Notes under the pieces: generated by a model
The model's input: only the letters and a program-made list of their open reading frames with translations
Databases searched by the model: none
What the model was told of the DNA's origin: nothing
Made by a program: the position numbers and the translations under genes
Origin: a bacterium
GTDB taxonomy: Bacteria > Actinomycetota > Acidimicrobiia > Acidimicrobiales > Bin134
Reading direction: 5' to 3'
DNA: 64,000 bases
Assembly: GCA_026708015.1 (NCBI GenBank)
Contig: JAPOVT010000048.1
Location: 132,112-196,111 of the forward strand
Part shown: positions 10,150-19,638 of the stretch, one piece after another
How the letters are laid out: each line of letters begins with the position of its first letter
Position numbering within the stretch: position 1 is the first letter of the stretch

Positions 10150-10958
10150 GCACTGCCACCACGTCGTCACCGGCGAACAGAACAGCCGTCCCGGCGACAA
10201 CGTCGTCGCGGGCGACCAAGGTTCTGGGCTGGCTGACGTTGGCCGGGTTCGCAGTGCTGGTGGCGCTGGCCTTCGCCTGGGTGCCCGAGGACACCCGTAT
10301 CACCGAACAGGGCGACGTGGTGGGCCAGTTTGACGCGGTGCGCCTCATGTTCGTTCATGTGCCATCGGCCATCTTGGCCTACACCGGGTTCGGGCTGACC
10401 TTTCTGGCCAGCCTGGCCTATCTGCGGTGGCGCACCGACTGGTGGGACATGATGGCCCACTCCTCAGCCGAGATCGGGGTGGTGTTCGGGGTGCTCACCC
10501 TGGTGACCGGTTCCATCTGGGGCCGCCCCACCTGGCAGACCTGGTGGGAGTGGGGCGATGTCCGGCTGGTGACCACCCTGGTTATGGTGCTGGTGTTCAT
10601 CGGCTATCTGGCCGTGCGGCGCATTCCCGCCGACGCCGCGGTCAAGGCCCGCCGGTCGGTGGTGATAGCCCTGGTGGGGGCGGTGAACATTGTGATCGTG
10701 AACCGGTCGGTGGACTGGTGGGAGAACCGCACCCTGCACCAGCAGTCCACGCTCATTGCCCGCAAGATCCGAGACGAGACGCTGTTCACCCTGTCGTTCT
10801 CGTTTGCGGTGGGCATGGTGCTGTTCGCCTGGCTGCTGCTGCATCGCTTCCGCATGGCCTACCTCGAGCAGCAGATCGAGCTGCTGGAGGTGGACGAGGC
10901 ATTGGCGGAGCGGCGGGCCGAAGCCAGCGGGGCTGCCCACGAAGGAGAGCAGCCATGA
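10146..10958 (+). CDS. ccmC: Heme exporter protein CcmC
   Basis: Trp-rich WWD-type motif WGRPTWQTWWEWGDVRLV. GTGA overlap with the ccmB stop. The ORF part upstream of 10146 overlaps ccmB and was rejected. Confidence 0.85.
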   Translation: MSTATTSSPANRTAVPATTSSRATKVLGWLTLAGFAVLVALAFAWVPEDTRITEQGDVVGQFDAVRLMFVHVPSAILAYTGFGLTFLASLAYLRWRTDWWDMMAHSSAEIGVVFGVLTLVTGSIWGRPTWQTWWEWGDVRLVTTLVMVLVFIGYLAVRRIPADAAVKARRSVVIALVGAVNIVIVNRSVDWWENRTLHQQSTLIARKIRDETLFTLSFSFAVGMVLFAWLLLHRFRMAYLEQQIELLEVDEALAERRAEASGAAHEGEQP

Positions 10959-11101
10959 CCCACATGGGCTACCTCGTAGCCGGCTGGAGCATTTCGGTGG
11001 GCGCGGTGCTGGCCTACGCCGGATGGGTGCTATTGCGAGGCCGGTCATTGAGCCGGCGGGTGCCCGAGGACCGTCGTCGCTGGATGATGCCCGATGACTG
11101 A
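10955..11101 (+). CDS. ccmD: Small single-TM protein, CcmD-like
   Basis: 48 aa: MTHMGYLVAGWSISVGAVLAYAGWVLLRGRSL... ATGA overlap with the ccmC stop and overlap with the ccmE start. Position and size match CcmD. Confidence 0.65.
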   Translation: MTHMGYLVAGWSISVGAVLAYAGWVLLRGRSLSRRVPEDRRRWMMPDD

Positions 11102-11648
11102 CACTCCCACTGAGGAAGTGGTCGACCCGGGCGAGCCCATGGACCTCAGTCCCCGTCCGGGCCGACCCGCCCGCCGGGGCATCCGTCGGTGGGGGCCGAT
11201 TCTGGTGGTGGCATTGGTGGTGGTGGTCATCGGCATCGTGTTGTGGCGAGTGCTGGCCGACGCCACCCTGGTGTTCCGAGAGGTGGACGACGCGGTGGAG
11301 CGCCGGGAGGAGCTGGGCGACGACCGATTCAGGATGATCGGCTCGCCGGTGAGCGGGTCGCCGCAGAACATCACATTGGACGACGGCCGCCCGGCGGTGG
11401 CCTTCTCGGTGACCCTCGATGGGGTGGTGGCCGACGTGGTCCACACCGGCGCGGTGTCCGACCAGTTCCAGCCCGAGGTGCCGGTGGTGATCGACGGCCA
11501 TTGGGTGCGAAGCAGCGTTTACGCCGGGGTCGCCGACGACGGCTGGTACTTTGTCAGCGACCGGATGCTGGTCAAGCACGACAACGACTACCGGGTGGAT
11601 AACCAAGACCGCATCGACGACGCCGAAGAGCGCGGGCAGTACGAGTGA
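11094..11648 (+). CDS. ccmE: Cytochrome c-type biogenesis heme chaperone CcmE
   Basis: N-terminal TM anchor, an OB-fold-like body, and a heme-binding His in LVKHDNDY (compare the canonical ..KHDExY). Confidence 0.85.
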   Translation: MTDTPTEEVVDPGEPMDLSPRPGRPARRGIRRWGPILVVALVVVVIGIVLWRVLADATLVFREVDDAVERREELGDDRFRMIGSPVSGSPQNITLDDGRPAVAFSVTLDGVVADVVHTGAVSDQFQPEVPVVIDGHWVRSSVYAGVADDGWYFVSDRMLVKHDNDYRVDNQDRIDDAEERGQYE

Positions 11649-11685
11649 CTGGCCACCGCTGCCTCGCAAAAGGTGAGCTGAGGCA

Positions 11686-13677
11686 GTGAACATAACCCTG
11701 GGGGTTCTGGGCATCTCGGTGGCAATGGCCTCCTCGGCCATTGGGGTGGTCATGGTGGCCGCCCGCCAACTTCAGCGGATCCAACTCTGCGCCTGGCTTG
11801 TGCTGGGCGGGGCCGCTTTGTCGGTGTTCGCCATGGAGCGAGCCCTCATCACCCGGGACTTCTCGGTGTCGTACGTGGCCGAGAACGGCAGCCACGCCAC
11901 CCCCGCCCTGTTCAACGTGGCCACCCTGTGGGCCGCGCTGGAGGGCTCTATCCTGCTGTGGGCCCTCATCCTGGCCGGGTACCTGGTGCTGGTGGCGGTG
12001 AAGTTTCGCCACCGCCTTCACGACCCGCTGGTGGGGTGGGCCATGGCGGTGCTGTTCATCGTGTGCCTGTTTTTCTTCGTGCTGATGTTCAACTGGCCCA
12101 ACCTCGATCTGGCCCAGCCCTTCCGGAAGGTAGACGTGCCGCCGGGCTACAACGGCCCCGGCCCCAACCCGCTGTTGCAGAACCACTGGCTGATGGCCGT
12201 GCATCCGCCGATGCTGTACCTGGGCTATGTGGGGTTCACCGTGCCCTTCGCCTTCGCCGTCGCCGCATTGGCCACCGGGAGGCTGGGGGAGGGGTGGCTG
12301 ATCGAGACCCGGCGCTGGACCCTTTTCGCCTGGGCCTTCCTCACCGCGGGGATCATCCTGGGGGCGTGGTGGTCGTGGGACGTTCTGGGCTGGGGCGGCT
12401 ACTGGGGCTGGGATCCGGTGGAGAACGCCTCGCTGCTGCCGTGGCTCACCGGCACCGCCTACCTGCACTCGGTGATGGTGCAGGAGCGCCGGGGGATGCT
12501 GCGGGTGTGGAACCTGTCGCTGGTGTGCGCCACTTTCGCCTTGACCATCCTGGGCACGTTCTTGACCCGCTCGGGACTGGTGGACTCGGTTCACGCCTTC
12601 TCGGCCGACGCAGTGGGCCCCGCGTTGCTGGTGTTCTTCGCCATCGTGGTGGTGGCGACCGTGGGGCTGATCGCCTGGCGGGGTGACCGGTTGCGCTCGC
12701 CGGGGCAGATCGACTCGGCAATGTCGCGGGAGGCCTCGTTTCTGGCCAACAACCTGTTGTTCGGGGTGTTCGCCTTCGTGGTGCTGCTGGGCACGGTGTT
12801 CCCGCTGATCGTGGAGGCCGTCAACGGCGATCGGATCAGCGTGGGCACCCCGTTCTTCGACCGGATGACCATGCCCGTCGGGTTGCTGCTGCTGTTCCTG
12901 ATGGCGGTGGCCCCGGTGCTGCCGTGGCGCAAGACCACCGCCGAGCGGCTGTCGGAGCGCTTGATGTGGCCGGGATGGGCCGCAGCGGTCGGGTTGTTGA
13001 TCGCCCTGTTGGTGGGGGCGAGGGGGCTGGTCCCGCTGTTGGCCTTCGGCCTGGCCGGGTTCGCAGGGGGAGCGGCGGTGCGCCAGCTGGCGCTGGCTGC
13101 TCGGCGCCAGGGATGGCGAGGTCTGGTGGGCCGGGCCAACGGCGGGATGGTGGTACACATCGGCGTGGTGGTGGTGGCGGTGGCGCTGGCCGCCAGCAAC
13201 AGCTACCTGCACCAGAGCGAGCTGACTGTCGCACCGGGGGAGGCGGCCTTCGTCAGCGGCCATGAGATCGTCTTTGTGGGCACCCAGGAGAAGGTGTTCG
13301 ACAACAAGACCAAAGTGGAGGCGGTGGTGCTGGTGGACGGCTCGGTGGTTCGGCCGGGGGTGAGCCGGTTTGCCAACGGCGGCATTGTGCGCACGCCCGG
13401 AACCAAGTCGTCCCCGGTTCGCGATATCCAAGTGGCGGTGCTGGATCTGCCCGACGGTCCCGGCGGTCCGGCCGGGTTGCGGGTGACCGTGCAGCCCCTG
13501 ACCCTTTGGCTGTGGATCGGCGGCGGGATCATGCTGTTGGGCGCAGTGTTCTCGGCCTTCCCTGGCCGCCGCCGCTCACCCACCCAGCCGGTGTCAGCGC
13601 CGGTGCCGGGAGTGCCCCTGCGAGGCGAATCCCTTCGAGAAGGCTCCCTTCGAGACGACGGAGTGCCGGTTGGTTGA
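11686..13677 (+). CDS. ccmF: Cytochrome c heme lyase subunit CcmF
   Basis: WWD motif WGGYWGWDPVENASLLPWL in a 663-aa polytopic membrane protein. Confidence 0.9.
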   Translation: MNITLGVLGISVAMASSAIGVVMVAARQLQRIQLCAWLVLGGAALSVFAMERALITRDFSVSYVAENGSHATPALFNVATLWAALEGSILLWALILAGYLVLVAVKFRHRLHDPLVGWAMAVLFIVCLFFFVLMFNWPNLDLAQPFRKVDVPPGYNGPGPNPLLQNHWLMAVHPPMLYLGYVGFTVPFAFAVAALATGRLGEGWLIETRRWTLFAWAFLTAGIILGAWWSWDVLGWGGYWGWDPVENASLLPWLTGTAYLHSVMVQERRGMLRVWNLSLVCATFALTILGTFLTRSGLVDSVHAFSADAVGPALLVFFAIVVVATVGLIAWRGDRLRSPGQIDSAMSREASFLANNLLFGVFAFVVLLGTVFPLIVEAVNGDRISVGTPFFDRMTMPVGLLLLFLMAVAPVLPWRKTTAERLSERLMWPGWAAAVGLLIALLVGARGLVPLLAFGLAGFAGGAAVRQLALAARRQGWRGLVGRANGGMVVHIGVVVVAVALAASNSYLHQSELTVAPGEAAFVSGHEIVFVGTQEKVFDNKTKVEAVVLVDGSVVRPGVSRFANGGIVRTPGTKSSPVRDIQVAVLDLPDGPGGPAGLRVTVQPLTLWLWIGGGIMLLGAVFSAFPGRRRSPTQPVSAPVPGVPLRGESLREGSLRDDGVPVG

Positions 13678-14257
13678 GCAGACGCCGCCCGCTGATCAGC
13701 CGGTCGATCCCGACCAGCCGGACCAGCCGCCGCGGCTGCGAACGGTTCGATGGGTGGTGCTGGTCGTTGGCGTGTTGGCAGTGGCCCTCGTTGTGGTGTT
13801 CGCGGTGTCTGAGCGCGACCGGAGAGGGCCGCCGGTGCCCGACTTCGCTCCCGAGTTCGCCGGAGAGACCCTGGATGGGGGCAGCTTCGACATGGCCGCA
13901 CAGCGAGGCCGATGGGTGGTCGTCAACTTCTTTTCCACTTGGTGCGTGCAGTGCGTGGTGGAGCATCCCGAGTTGGTGGCCTTCCAAAACCGCTACCGCG
14001 GCGATCCCAACATCCGGCTGGTGAGCGTGGTCTTCCAAGACGAGGTGGAGGTCATCGCCCAGTTCTTTGCCGAGCGGGGTGGCGACTGGCCGGTGGTGAT
14101 CACCAACACCGGTCGAATTTCCATTGATTTCGGGGTGACCGCGGTGCCCGAGACTTATCTGGTGGATCCCTTTGGACGGGTGGTGGCCAAGTTCACCGGC
14201 GGCGTCACCCTGGCCGGACTCGAGAACCAGTTGGTGCGGGCTGGAGCGGTCACATGA
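13670..14257 (+). CDS. ccmG: Thiol:disulfide interchange protein, CcmG/DsbE/TlpA family
   Basis: TM anchor plus a thioredoxin fold with the CxxC motif FFSTWCVQCVVEHPEL. Located in the ccm cluster. Confidence 0.85.
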   Translation: MVEQTPPADQPVDPDQPDQPPRLRTVRWVVLVVGVLAVALVVVFAVSERDRRGPPVPDFAPEFAGETLDGGSFDMAAQRGRWVVVNFFSTWCVQCVVEHPELVAFQNRYRGDPNIRLVSVVFQDEVEVIAQFFAERGGDWPVVITNTGRISIDFGVTAVPETYLVDPFGRVVAKFTGGVTLAGLENQLVRAGAVT

Positions 14258-14835
14258 TCTCCCGGCGGCGAAAAGTGCTCTTGTCGTGGCTGCTGGTGGG
14301 GGTGTCGCTGGCCACCATGCTGGCGTTCGGGGTGGTGGACGGGCGGGACGACCGCACCAACGCCGAACGAGCCCACGACATCGGCGCCACCATCGCCTGC
14401 CCCCAATGCGTGGGGCAGTCGGTGGTGGAGTCCGACGTGGCCATAGCCCGGGAGATCAGGGCCGAGATCGGCCGGCTTGTCGTGGCTGGCTACAGCGACG
14501 ACGACATCCGAACCCGGTTCGCCGAGCGCTACGGGGATTGGGTGGTCTTGACGCCGTCGACGTCGGGGGTGAGCGGGCTGATCTGGGTGATTCCGGTGGT
14601 GGGGCTGTTGGTCGGCGTCGGGCTGCTGGCGCTGACGCTGAGCCGATGGCGCCGGGCCAGCACGGCTGGTGAAGAGGTTTCGGAAGAAGACCAGGTGTTA
14701 GTAGAAGAGGCGCGCGACCGGGTATTGGGCAAGCGCGCCATTCGCTTTCGACCAAGTGCGGGAGGGGTTGAGTCGGAGCGCATCCGGCAGCTAGCTCAGC
14801 GGTCCAAACCTGAGTTGGATGAGATTGATGAGTGA
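14254..14835 (+). CDS. ccmH: Cytochrome c-type biogenesis protein CcmH
   Basis: IACPQCVGQSVVESDVAIAREIR matches the CcmH CxxC motif. ATGA overlap with ccmG. Confidence 0.85.
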   Translation: MISRRRKVLLSWLLVGVSLATMLAFGVVDGRDDRTNAERAHDIGATIACPQCVGQSVVESDVAIAREIRAEIGRLVVAGYSDDDIRTRFAERYGDWVVLTPSTSGVSGLIWVIPVVGLLVGVGLLALTLSRWRRASTAGEEVSEEDQVLVEEARDRVLGKRAIRFRPSAGGVESERIRQLAQRSKPELDEIDE

Positions 14836-15934
14836 TCCCCGTGACGATGAGCAGCGATTCTGGTTGGAGTCGCTGATTGATCTGGATGAGGAGTTGGCCG
14901 TCGGCGACCTGGAGCCTGAGGACCATCAGGTTCTGAGCCGTAGCTATACCCGCCAGGCGGCTCAGGCGATTCGGGGCGATCAGGAGAAAGCCGAGCAGGC
15001 AGATCGCGGGGGGCGGGGGAAGCTGATTGCAGTGATTGTTGGTCTGGTAGTGGTAGGGGCTGTGGCCGGGATCTTTCTGGCCCGGGCGGTGGGGTCGCGG
15101 CATTCGGGGGACACCATCACCGGCAACGACGCGGTGGCCAGCGTTCCCAGCCTCTTGAGGAACGCCGAGGAGTCGGCCGCGGCCGGAGAACTGAGTGAGG
15201 CCATCGCCATCTACGACCGGGTGTTGGAGCGCTCGCCGTCCAATCCCACCGCGCTGGCCTACAAGGGCTGGTTCTTGGCTCTACAAGGCCAGGAGGCTGA
15301 GGCTGCTGATGTTCTGGCCGATGCGGTGGTGGTGGCACCCGACTATCCCGATGCCCGGGCGTTTCGGGCCATCCTGCTGTATCGCACCGGTGACTGCTTT
15401 GGTGCGGCAGCCGAGCTTGTCGCCTTCGACGCATCCAATCCCCCCGAGTTCATCAGCCAGCTAGTGGAAACCCAGGGCCTGCGCACCGACATCGCTCTCT
15501 GCCAGATTGTCTTGCAGGACCAAGAACAATTCCGATCCCTGTCTGACCTCGGTGTTTCTGCCGACGACGCGGTGGCCGCGGCCCGTGCCTTGTGGAATCC
15601 GACCACACCCGCTCAGGGCGACCCGGCGCTGGCGCTGCGGGTGTATGAGGCTGTGCTGGCCGATGATCCCGACCACCCCGGAGCTCTGACCTACAGCGGG
15701 GTGATGCTCACGCAGACCGGCCTCGACGATCAGTTTGCCGAAGGCGCCCGCCGCATCAACCAGGCAGTAGAAGCCGCCCCCAACCACCCCGAAGCCCGAC
15801 TGTGGCGAGCCTGGCTGTTCGCCGGCCTCGGCCAAACCGACCAAGCCCGCGCCGACCTCGACCACCTCGACACCCTCAACCCCTCCACCGAGATCGCCCG
15901 CCTCGCCGCCGACCTTTGGTCCCGACTTGAGTAG
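14819..15934 (+). CDS. TPR-repeat protein, CcmI/CycH-like
   Basis: N-terminal acidic segment, one TM helix, then TPR-like repeats (AIAIYDRVLERSPSNPTALAYKGW...). It is the last gene of the ccm cluster and overlaps the end of ccmH. Confidence 0.7.
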   Translation: MRLMSDPRDDEQRFWLESLIDLDEELAVGDLEPEDHQVLSRSYTRQAAQAIRGDQEKAEQADRGGRGKLIAVIVGLVVVGAVAGIFLARAVGSRHSGDTITGNDAVASVPSLLRNAEESAAAGELSEAIAIYDRVLERSPSNPTALAYKGWFLALQGQEAEAADVLADAVVVAPDYPDARAFRAILLYRTGDCFGAAAELVAFDASNPPEFISQLVETQGLRTDIALCQIVLQDQEQFRSLSDLGVSADDAVAAARALWNPTTPAQGDPALALRVYEAVLADDPDHPGALTYSGVMLTQTGLDDQFAEGARRINQAVEAAPNHPEARLWRAWLFAGLGQTDQARADLDHLDTLNPSTEIARLAADLWSRLE

Positions 15935-15990
15935 TTGCCACAACAAGTCTCTTGTGACGCACCACTAGCGCGCTTGGACCCACTCGCTCA

Positions 15991-16566
15991 TCACCCATCG
16001 GTTTGCAGTGTCGCAGTGCCCGCGGCCTGTTCGGCGACCTCTGTTGGCATGCCCACGCCGAGAAACCCTTCAATCCTGGCCAGCCGCTGGCCGTTGGCGA
16101 CGATTTCGTCGTGGAGCCTGCCGTAGGACTGGGTGGATTCGGAGCGGAGTCTGTTGTTGGCCTGGGTGAAATCGTCGCGGAGTCTGTTGTTGGCTTGGGT
16201 GAAATCGTCGCGGAGTCTGTCGTGGGCTTGGGTGGATTCGGAGCGGAGGCTGTCGTGGGCTCGGGTGAAATCGTCGCGGAGTCTGTTGTTGGCTTGGGTG
16301 AAATCGTCGCGGAGTCTGTCGTGGGCTTGGGTGGATTCGGAGCGGAGGCTGTCGTGGGCTCGGGTGAAATCGTCGCGGAGTCTGTTGTTGGCTTGGGTGA
16401 AATCGTCGCGGAGTCTGTCGTGGGCTTGGGTGGATTCGGAGCGGAGGCTGTCGTGGGCTCGGGTGAAATCGTCGCGGAGCTTTTCGCTGGTTCGCTGCTG
16501 ATGCCAGATGATGGCTAGTACAGCCAATACCAGTGTGACAGCTTGAACAGCCACCTCAACGCTCAC
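15991..16566 (-). CDS. Membrane-anchored protein built from 11-residue repeats (LRDDFTQANNR / LRDDFTRAHDS / LRSESTQAHDR)
   Basis: N-terminal TM helix (VAVQAVTLVLAVLAIIW) followed by about 12 consecutive 11-mers. I do not recognise a family. Confidence 0.7.
   Translation of the reverse strand: MSVEVAVQAVTLVLAVLAIIWHQQRTSEKLRDDFTRAHDSLRSESTQAHDRLRDDFTQANNRLRDDFTRAHDSLRSESTQAHDRLRDDFTQANNRLRDDFTRAHDSLRSESTQAHDRLRDDFTQANNRLRDDFTQANNRLRSESTQSYGRLHDEIVANGQRLARIEGFLGVGMPTEVAEQAAGTATLQTDG
16132..16493 (-). repeat. Tandem repeat with a 33-nt unit and an exact 99-nt super-unit, about 11 units, inside the CDS
   Basis: Units start at 16132, 16165, 16198, 16231 and so on. The 99-nt blocks starting at 16231, 16330 and 16429 are identical where they overlap. 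Confidence 0.95.
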
Positions 16567-16669
16567 ACTCCAACCCTATCATCATTCAAGCGCCGTGCAA
16601 CCCAATAACCTAAAAATTATGGAAATATACGAAAAAGATCAACTTTCGGACTGGTTGGAGCTGAGTTGG

Positions 16670-17230
16670 TCAGTTATGGCTGGGGTGGGTGGGGTAGTTG
16701 GCGAACCAGGAGAGGGGGGAGGGCTGGCGGGCGAGGACGGTGGGCCAGAGGTCGCTGGGGCTGTCGGTGAGGAGGTCGGCGGTGTCGGCGTCGACCACGA
16801 ACCAGGCGGCTGATTCGATCTCGTCTTCGAGCTGGCCCGGGGACCAGCCGGCGTAGCCGGCGAACAGGCGGACGGCGTCGACTGCGCTAGCCACCCCTTC
16901 GGGGTCGGCTTCCAGGTCGAGGGTGCCCACCGGGCCGAGCACGGGGGTCCACCACCCCTGGTCGGGGTCTTGTCGTACTCGGGCCAGGGCCACTACCGAC
17001 TCGTTGGACACCGGGCCGCCGATGAACATGGTGGGTGGCGGGGCCAGATGCGGGGCCCATTGGGGGAGGGCATCGCTCACCAGCAGTCCCGAGGGGCGAT
17101 TCAACACCACACCGGCGGCGCCCTCCTCCTGATGGGCCAGCATCAGCACCACAGTCCGCTCGAAGTTCCCGTCGCCGATGAGCGGGGTGGCCACCAACAG
17201 CTTCCCGGTGGTGTCGCCCCCCGCGTCCAC
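16670..17230 (-). CDS. YqgE/AlgH family protein (UPF0301)
   Basis: GKLLVATPLIGDGNFERTVVLMLAHQEEGAAGVVLNRPS matches the family N-terminus. GTG 17230 is preferred because it avoids overlap with serC. The alternative GTG at 17269 cannot be excluded. Confidence 0.8.
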   Translation of the reverse strand: MDAGGDTTGKLLVATPLIGDGNFERTVVLMLAHQEEGAAGVVLNRPSGLLVSDALPQWAPHLAPPPTMFIGGPVSNESVVALARVRQDPDQGWWTPVLGPVGTLDLEADPEGVASAVDAVRLFAGYAGWSPGQLEDEIESAAWFVVDADTADLLTDSPSDLWPTVLARQPSPLSWFANYPTHPSHN

Positions 17231-17232
17231 CG

Positions 17233-18357
17233 CTACAGATTCTCCACCACGTAGTCGATGCAGCCGCACAGGGCGGCGATATCCGAGGGGGGAATAGCCG
17301 GGAACAGGGCCACCCGGAGTTGATTGCGGCCCAGCGCCCGGTACGACTCAACGTCGACCACACCGTTGGCCCTCAGCACAGCGGCAACCTCGTCGGCCGA
17401 GACTCCGTCGAAGTCGATGGTGGCCACAACGTGGCTGCGAATGGCGGTGTTAGACACAAACGGGGTGGTGAAGCCGCGGTTCTCGGCCCAGGTGTAGATG
17501 ATGTCGGCCGACTGGTCGCAGCGGGTGGCCGCCCACTCCAGCCCGCCGTTGTCGTTGATCCATTCCACCTGGTGTACGGCCAAAAACACGGTGGCCAGCG
17601 CCGGGGTGTTGTAGGTCTCGTCTTTGCGGGAGCTACCGAGCGCAATGGCCAGGTTCAAGAACGGGGGGATCCAGCGGTCGCTCGCCGCAATCCGCTCGAT
17701 GCGCTCCACGGCGGCGGGTGAGCAGCAGGCCAGCCACAGACCGCCGTCGGCAGCCAGGCACTTCTGGGGGGCGAAGTAATAGACGTCGGTCTCGGCGGGG
17801 TCGAATCGCAGCCCGCCGGCGCCCGAGGTGGCGTCCACCAGCACGAGGCCATCCTCGCTGGGACGGCGTAGCTCCATCGACACCCCGGTGGAGGTCTCAT
17901 TGTGGGTCAGGGCATAGGCGTCCACCGTGGGGTCGGCCACCGCCTCAGGATGGGTGCCCACCTCGGAGCTGATGATCACCGGCTCTTGCAGATGGGGGGC
18001 GGCGGCCACTCCGGCGGCGAACTTCGCCGAGAACGCCCCGAAGCTCAGATGCTGGCTGCGGGATTCGATCAGATTGAAGATGGCGGCGTCCCAGAACCCG
18101 GTGGTGCCCCCGTTGCCCAGCACCACCTCGTAGCCGTCGGGCAGCGAGAACAGCTCGGCCACCCCGGCCCGGAGCCGGTGGACCACATCTTTCACAGTGG
18201 CCTTGCGGTGGCTGGTGCCGAGGAAATCGTCGGCTACCTCGGCCAGGGCGATGGCGGCCTCCGGCCGCACCCGCGACGGCCCGCTGCCGAAGCGGCCGTC
18301 TTCGGGCAGCAGGTCGGGAGGGATGGTGATTGCGGGGGTTTGGGCAACACTGCTCAC
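17233..18357 (-). CDS. serC: Phosphoserine aminotransferase (actinobacterial type)
   Basis: 374 aa from GTG 18357 (VSSVAQTPAITIPPDLLPEDGRFGSGPS...). PLP-lysine context YYFAPQKCL. The remaining 5' part of the 616-aa ORF overlaps the opposite-strand aminotransferase gene and was rejected. Confidence 0.85.
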   Translation of the reverse strand: MSSVAQTPAITIPPDLLPEDGRFGSGPSRVRPEAAIALAEVADDFLGTSHRKATVKDVVHRLRAGVAELFSLPDGYEVVLGNGGTTGFWDAAIFNLIESRSQHLSFGAFSAKFAAGVAAAPHLQEPVIISSEVGTHPEAVADPTVDAYALTHNETSTGVSMELRRPSEDGLVLVDATSGAGGLRFDPAETDVYYFAPQKCLAADGGLWLACCSPAAVERIERIAASDRWIPPFLNLAIALGSSRKDETYNTPALATVFLAVHQVEWINDNGGLEWAATRCDQSADIIYTWAENRGFTTPFVSNTAIRSHVVATIDFDGVSADEVAAVLRANGVVDVESYRALGRNQLRVALFPAIPPSDIAALCGCIDYVVENL

Positions 18358-18456
18358 AAGGCCCCACGATACCGACGCCAAGGGCTCAATCGGCGTTGAT
18401 CGGCCCACAGGAAATTGAACGCCAACTTCCCAGCGGCGGTGTGAAAAGCTGCGCTC

Positions 18457-19638
18457 ATGGCTCGCATATCCCAGCGCATTTCCGCCATCGCCCCTTCGGC
18501 CACCCTGGCGGTGGACGCCAAGGCCAAGGCCCTGAAGGCCCAAGGGGCGCCGGTGATCAGCTTTGGCGCAGGCGAGCCCGATTTCCCCACCCCGGCGGCC
18601 ATCTTGGACGCAGCCCGAGCGGCGGTGGACGACCCTCGTAATCACCGCTATTCCCCGGCCGGGGGCCTGCCCGAGCTGAAGGAGGCCATCGCGGCCAAGA
18701 CCCGGCGCGATTCGGGCTTGGAGGTGGAGCCGTCGCAGGTGGTGGTGACCAACGGGGGCAAGCACGCGGTGTACAACGGCTTCGCCGTGCTGCTCGATCC
18801 CGGCGACGAGGTGCTTTTGCCCGCGCCCTACTGGACCACCTATCCCGAGGCCATCGCCTTGGCCGGCGGGGTGAGCGTGGAGGTGTCCACTTCCGCCATT
18901 GACGGGTTCATGGTGACCGTGGAGCAGCTCGAGGCGGCCCGCACCGACCGCACCAAAGCGCTGGTGTTCGTGTCGCCGTCCAACCCCACCGGTGCCGTGT
19001 ACCCCAGAGACCGTGTGGATGCCATCGGCCGCTGGGCCGCCGACAACGATGTGTGGGTGATCACCGACGAGATCTACGAGCACCTGACTTACGACGACAA
19101 CGAGTTCAGCTCCATGCCGGTGGTGGTGCCCGAGCTAGCCGATCGCTGCCTGGTACTCAACGGCGTGGCCAAGACCTACGCCATGACCGGCTGGCGGGTG
19201 GGCTGGCTGATCGGCCCTCCCGACGCAGCCTCCGCGGCGGTGAGCCTGCAATCGCACCAGACCTCGAATGTGTCCAACGTGGCCCAGCGGGCCGCACTGG
19301 CCGCGGTGAGCGGGCCCCTGGACGCGGTGGCCGAGATGAGGGCCGCCTTCGACCGACGGCGGCGGGCCATGCACAAGATGCTGAACGGGATCGACGGGGT
19401 GACCTGTTTAGAGCCCCAGGGTGCGTTCTACGCCTTCCCATCATTCGAGGGCGTGCTGGGCCGCGCGGGCATCCCCGGCACCACCGCCGAGCTGGCCGGG
19501 TGGATCCTGGACGAAGCCCAGGTGGCCATCGTGCCCGGTGAGGCGTTCGCCGGCCCCGGCTATGCCCGGCTGTCGTTTGCCCTCGGCGACGACGACTTGG
19601 GCGAGGGCATCGGCCGCATCGCTGATCTGTTGCAGTGA
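18457..19638 (+). CDS. Pyridoxal-phosphate-dependent aminotransferase, class I (aspartate aminotransferase-like)
   Basis: [10 protein letters not shown] and [16 protein letters not shown] (PLP lysine) motifs. 393 aa. Confidence 0.9.
   Translation: MARISQRISAIAPSATLAVDAKAKALKAQGAPVISFGAGEPDFPTPAAILDAARAAVDDPRNHRYSPAGGLPELKEAIAAKTRRDSGLEVEPSQVVVTNGGKHAVYNGFAVLLDPGDEVLLPAPYWTTYPEAIALAGGVSVEVSTSAIDGFMVTVEQLEAARTDRTKALVFVSPSNPTGAVYPRDRVDAIGRWAADNDVWVITDEIYEHLTYDDNEFSSMPVVVPELADRCLVLNGVAKTYAMTGWRVGWLIGPPDAASAAVSLQSHQTSNVSNVAQRAALAAVSGPLDAVAEMRAAFDRRRRAMHKMLNGIDGVTCLEPQGAFYAFPSFEGVLGRAGIPGTTAELAGWILDEAQVAIVPGEAFAGPGYARLSFALGDDDLGEGIGRIADLLQ

Noticed and set aside
10464-13431. Long minus-strand ORFs (429 aa and 619 aa) across ccmC-ccmF.
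   Set aside because: They are antisense to genes with unambiguous Ccm motifs. Their His/Gly/Arg/Pro-rich low-complexity translations are typical of spurious ORFs in high-GC DNA.
16132-16493. Regularly spaced 33-nt repeats as a possible CRISPR array.
   Set aside because: The units are contiguous with no spacers. They are in frame inside a CDS and encode an 11-residue protein repeat.
18358-19083. The upstream 241 codons of the 616-aa ORF containing serC.
   Set aside because: They overlap the opposite-strand aminotransferase gene and are Gly/His/Arg-rich. Homology to SerC begins at GTG 18357.
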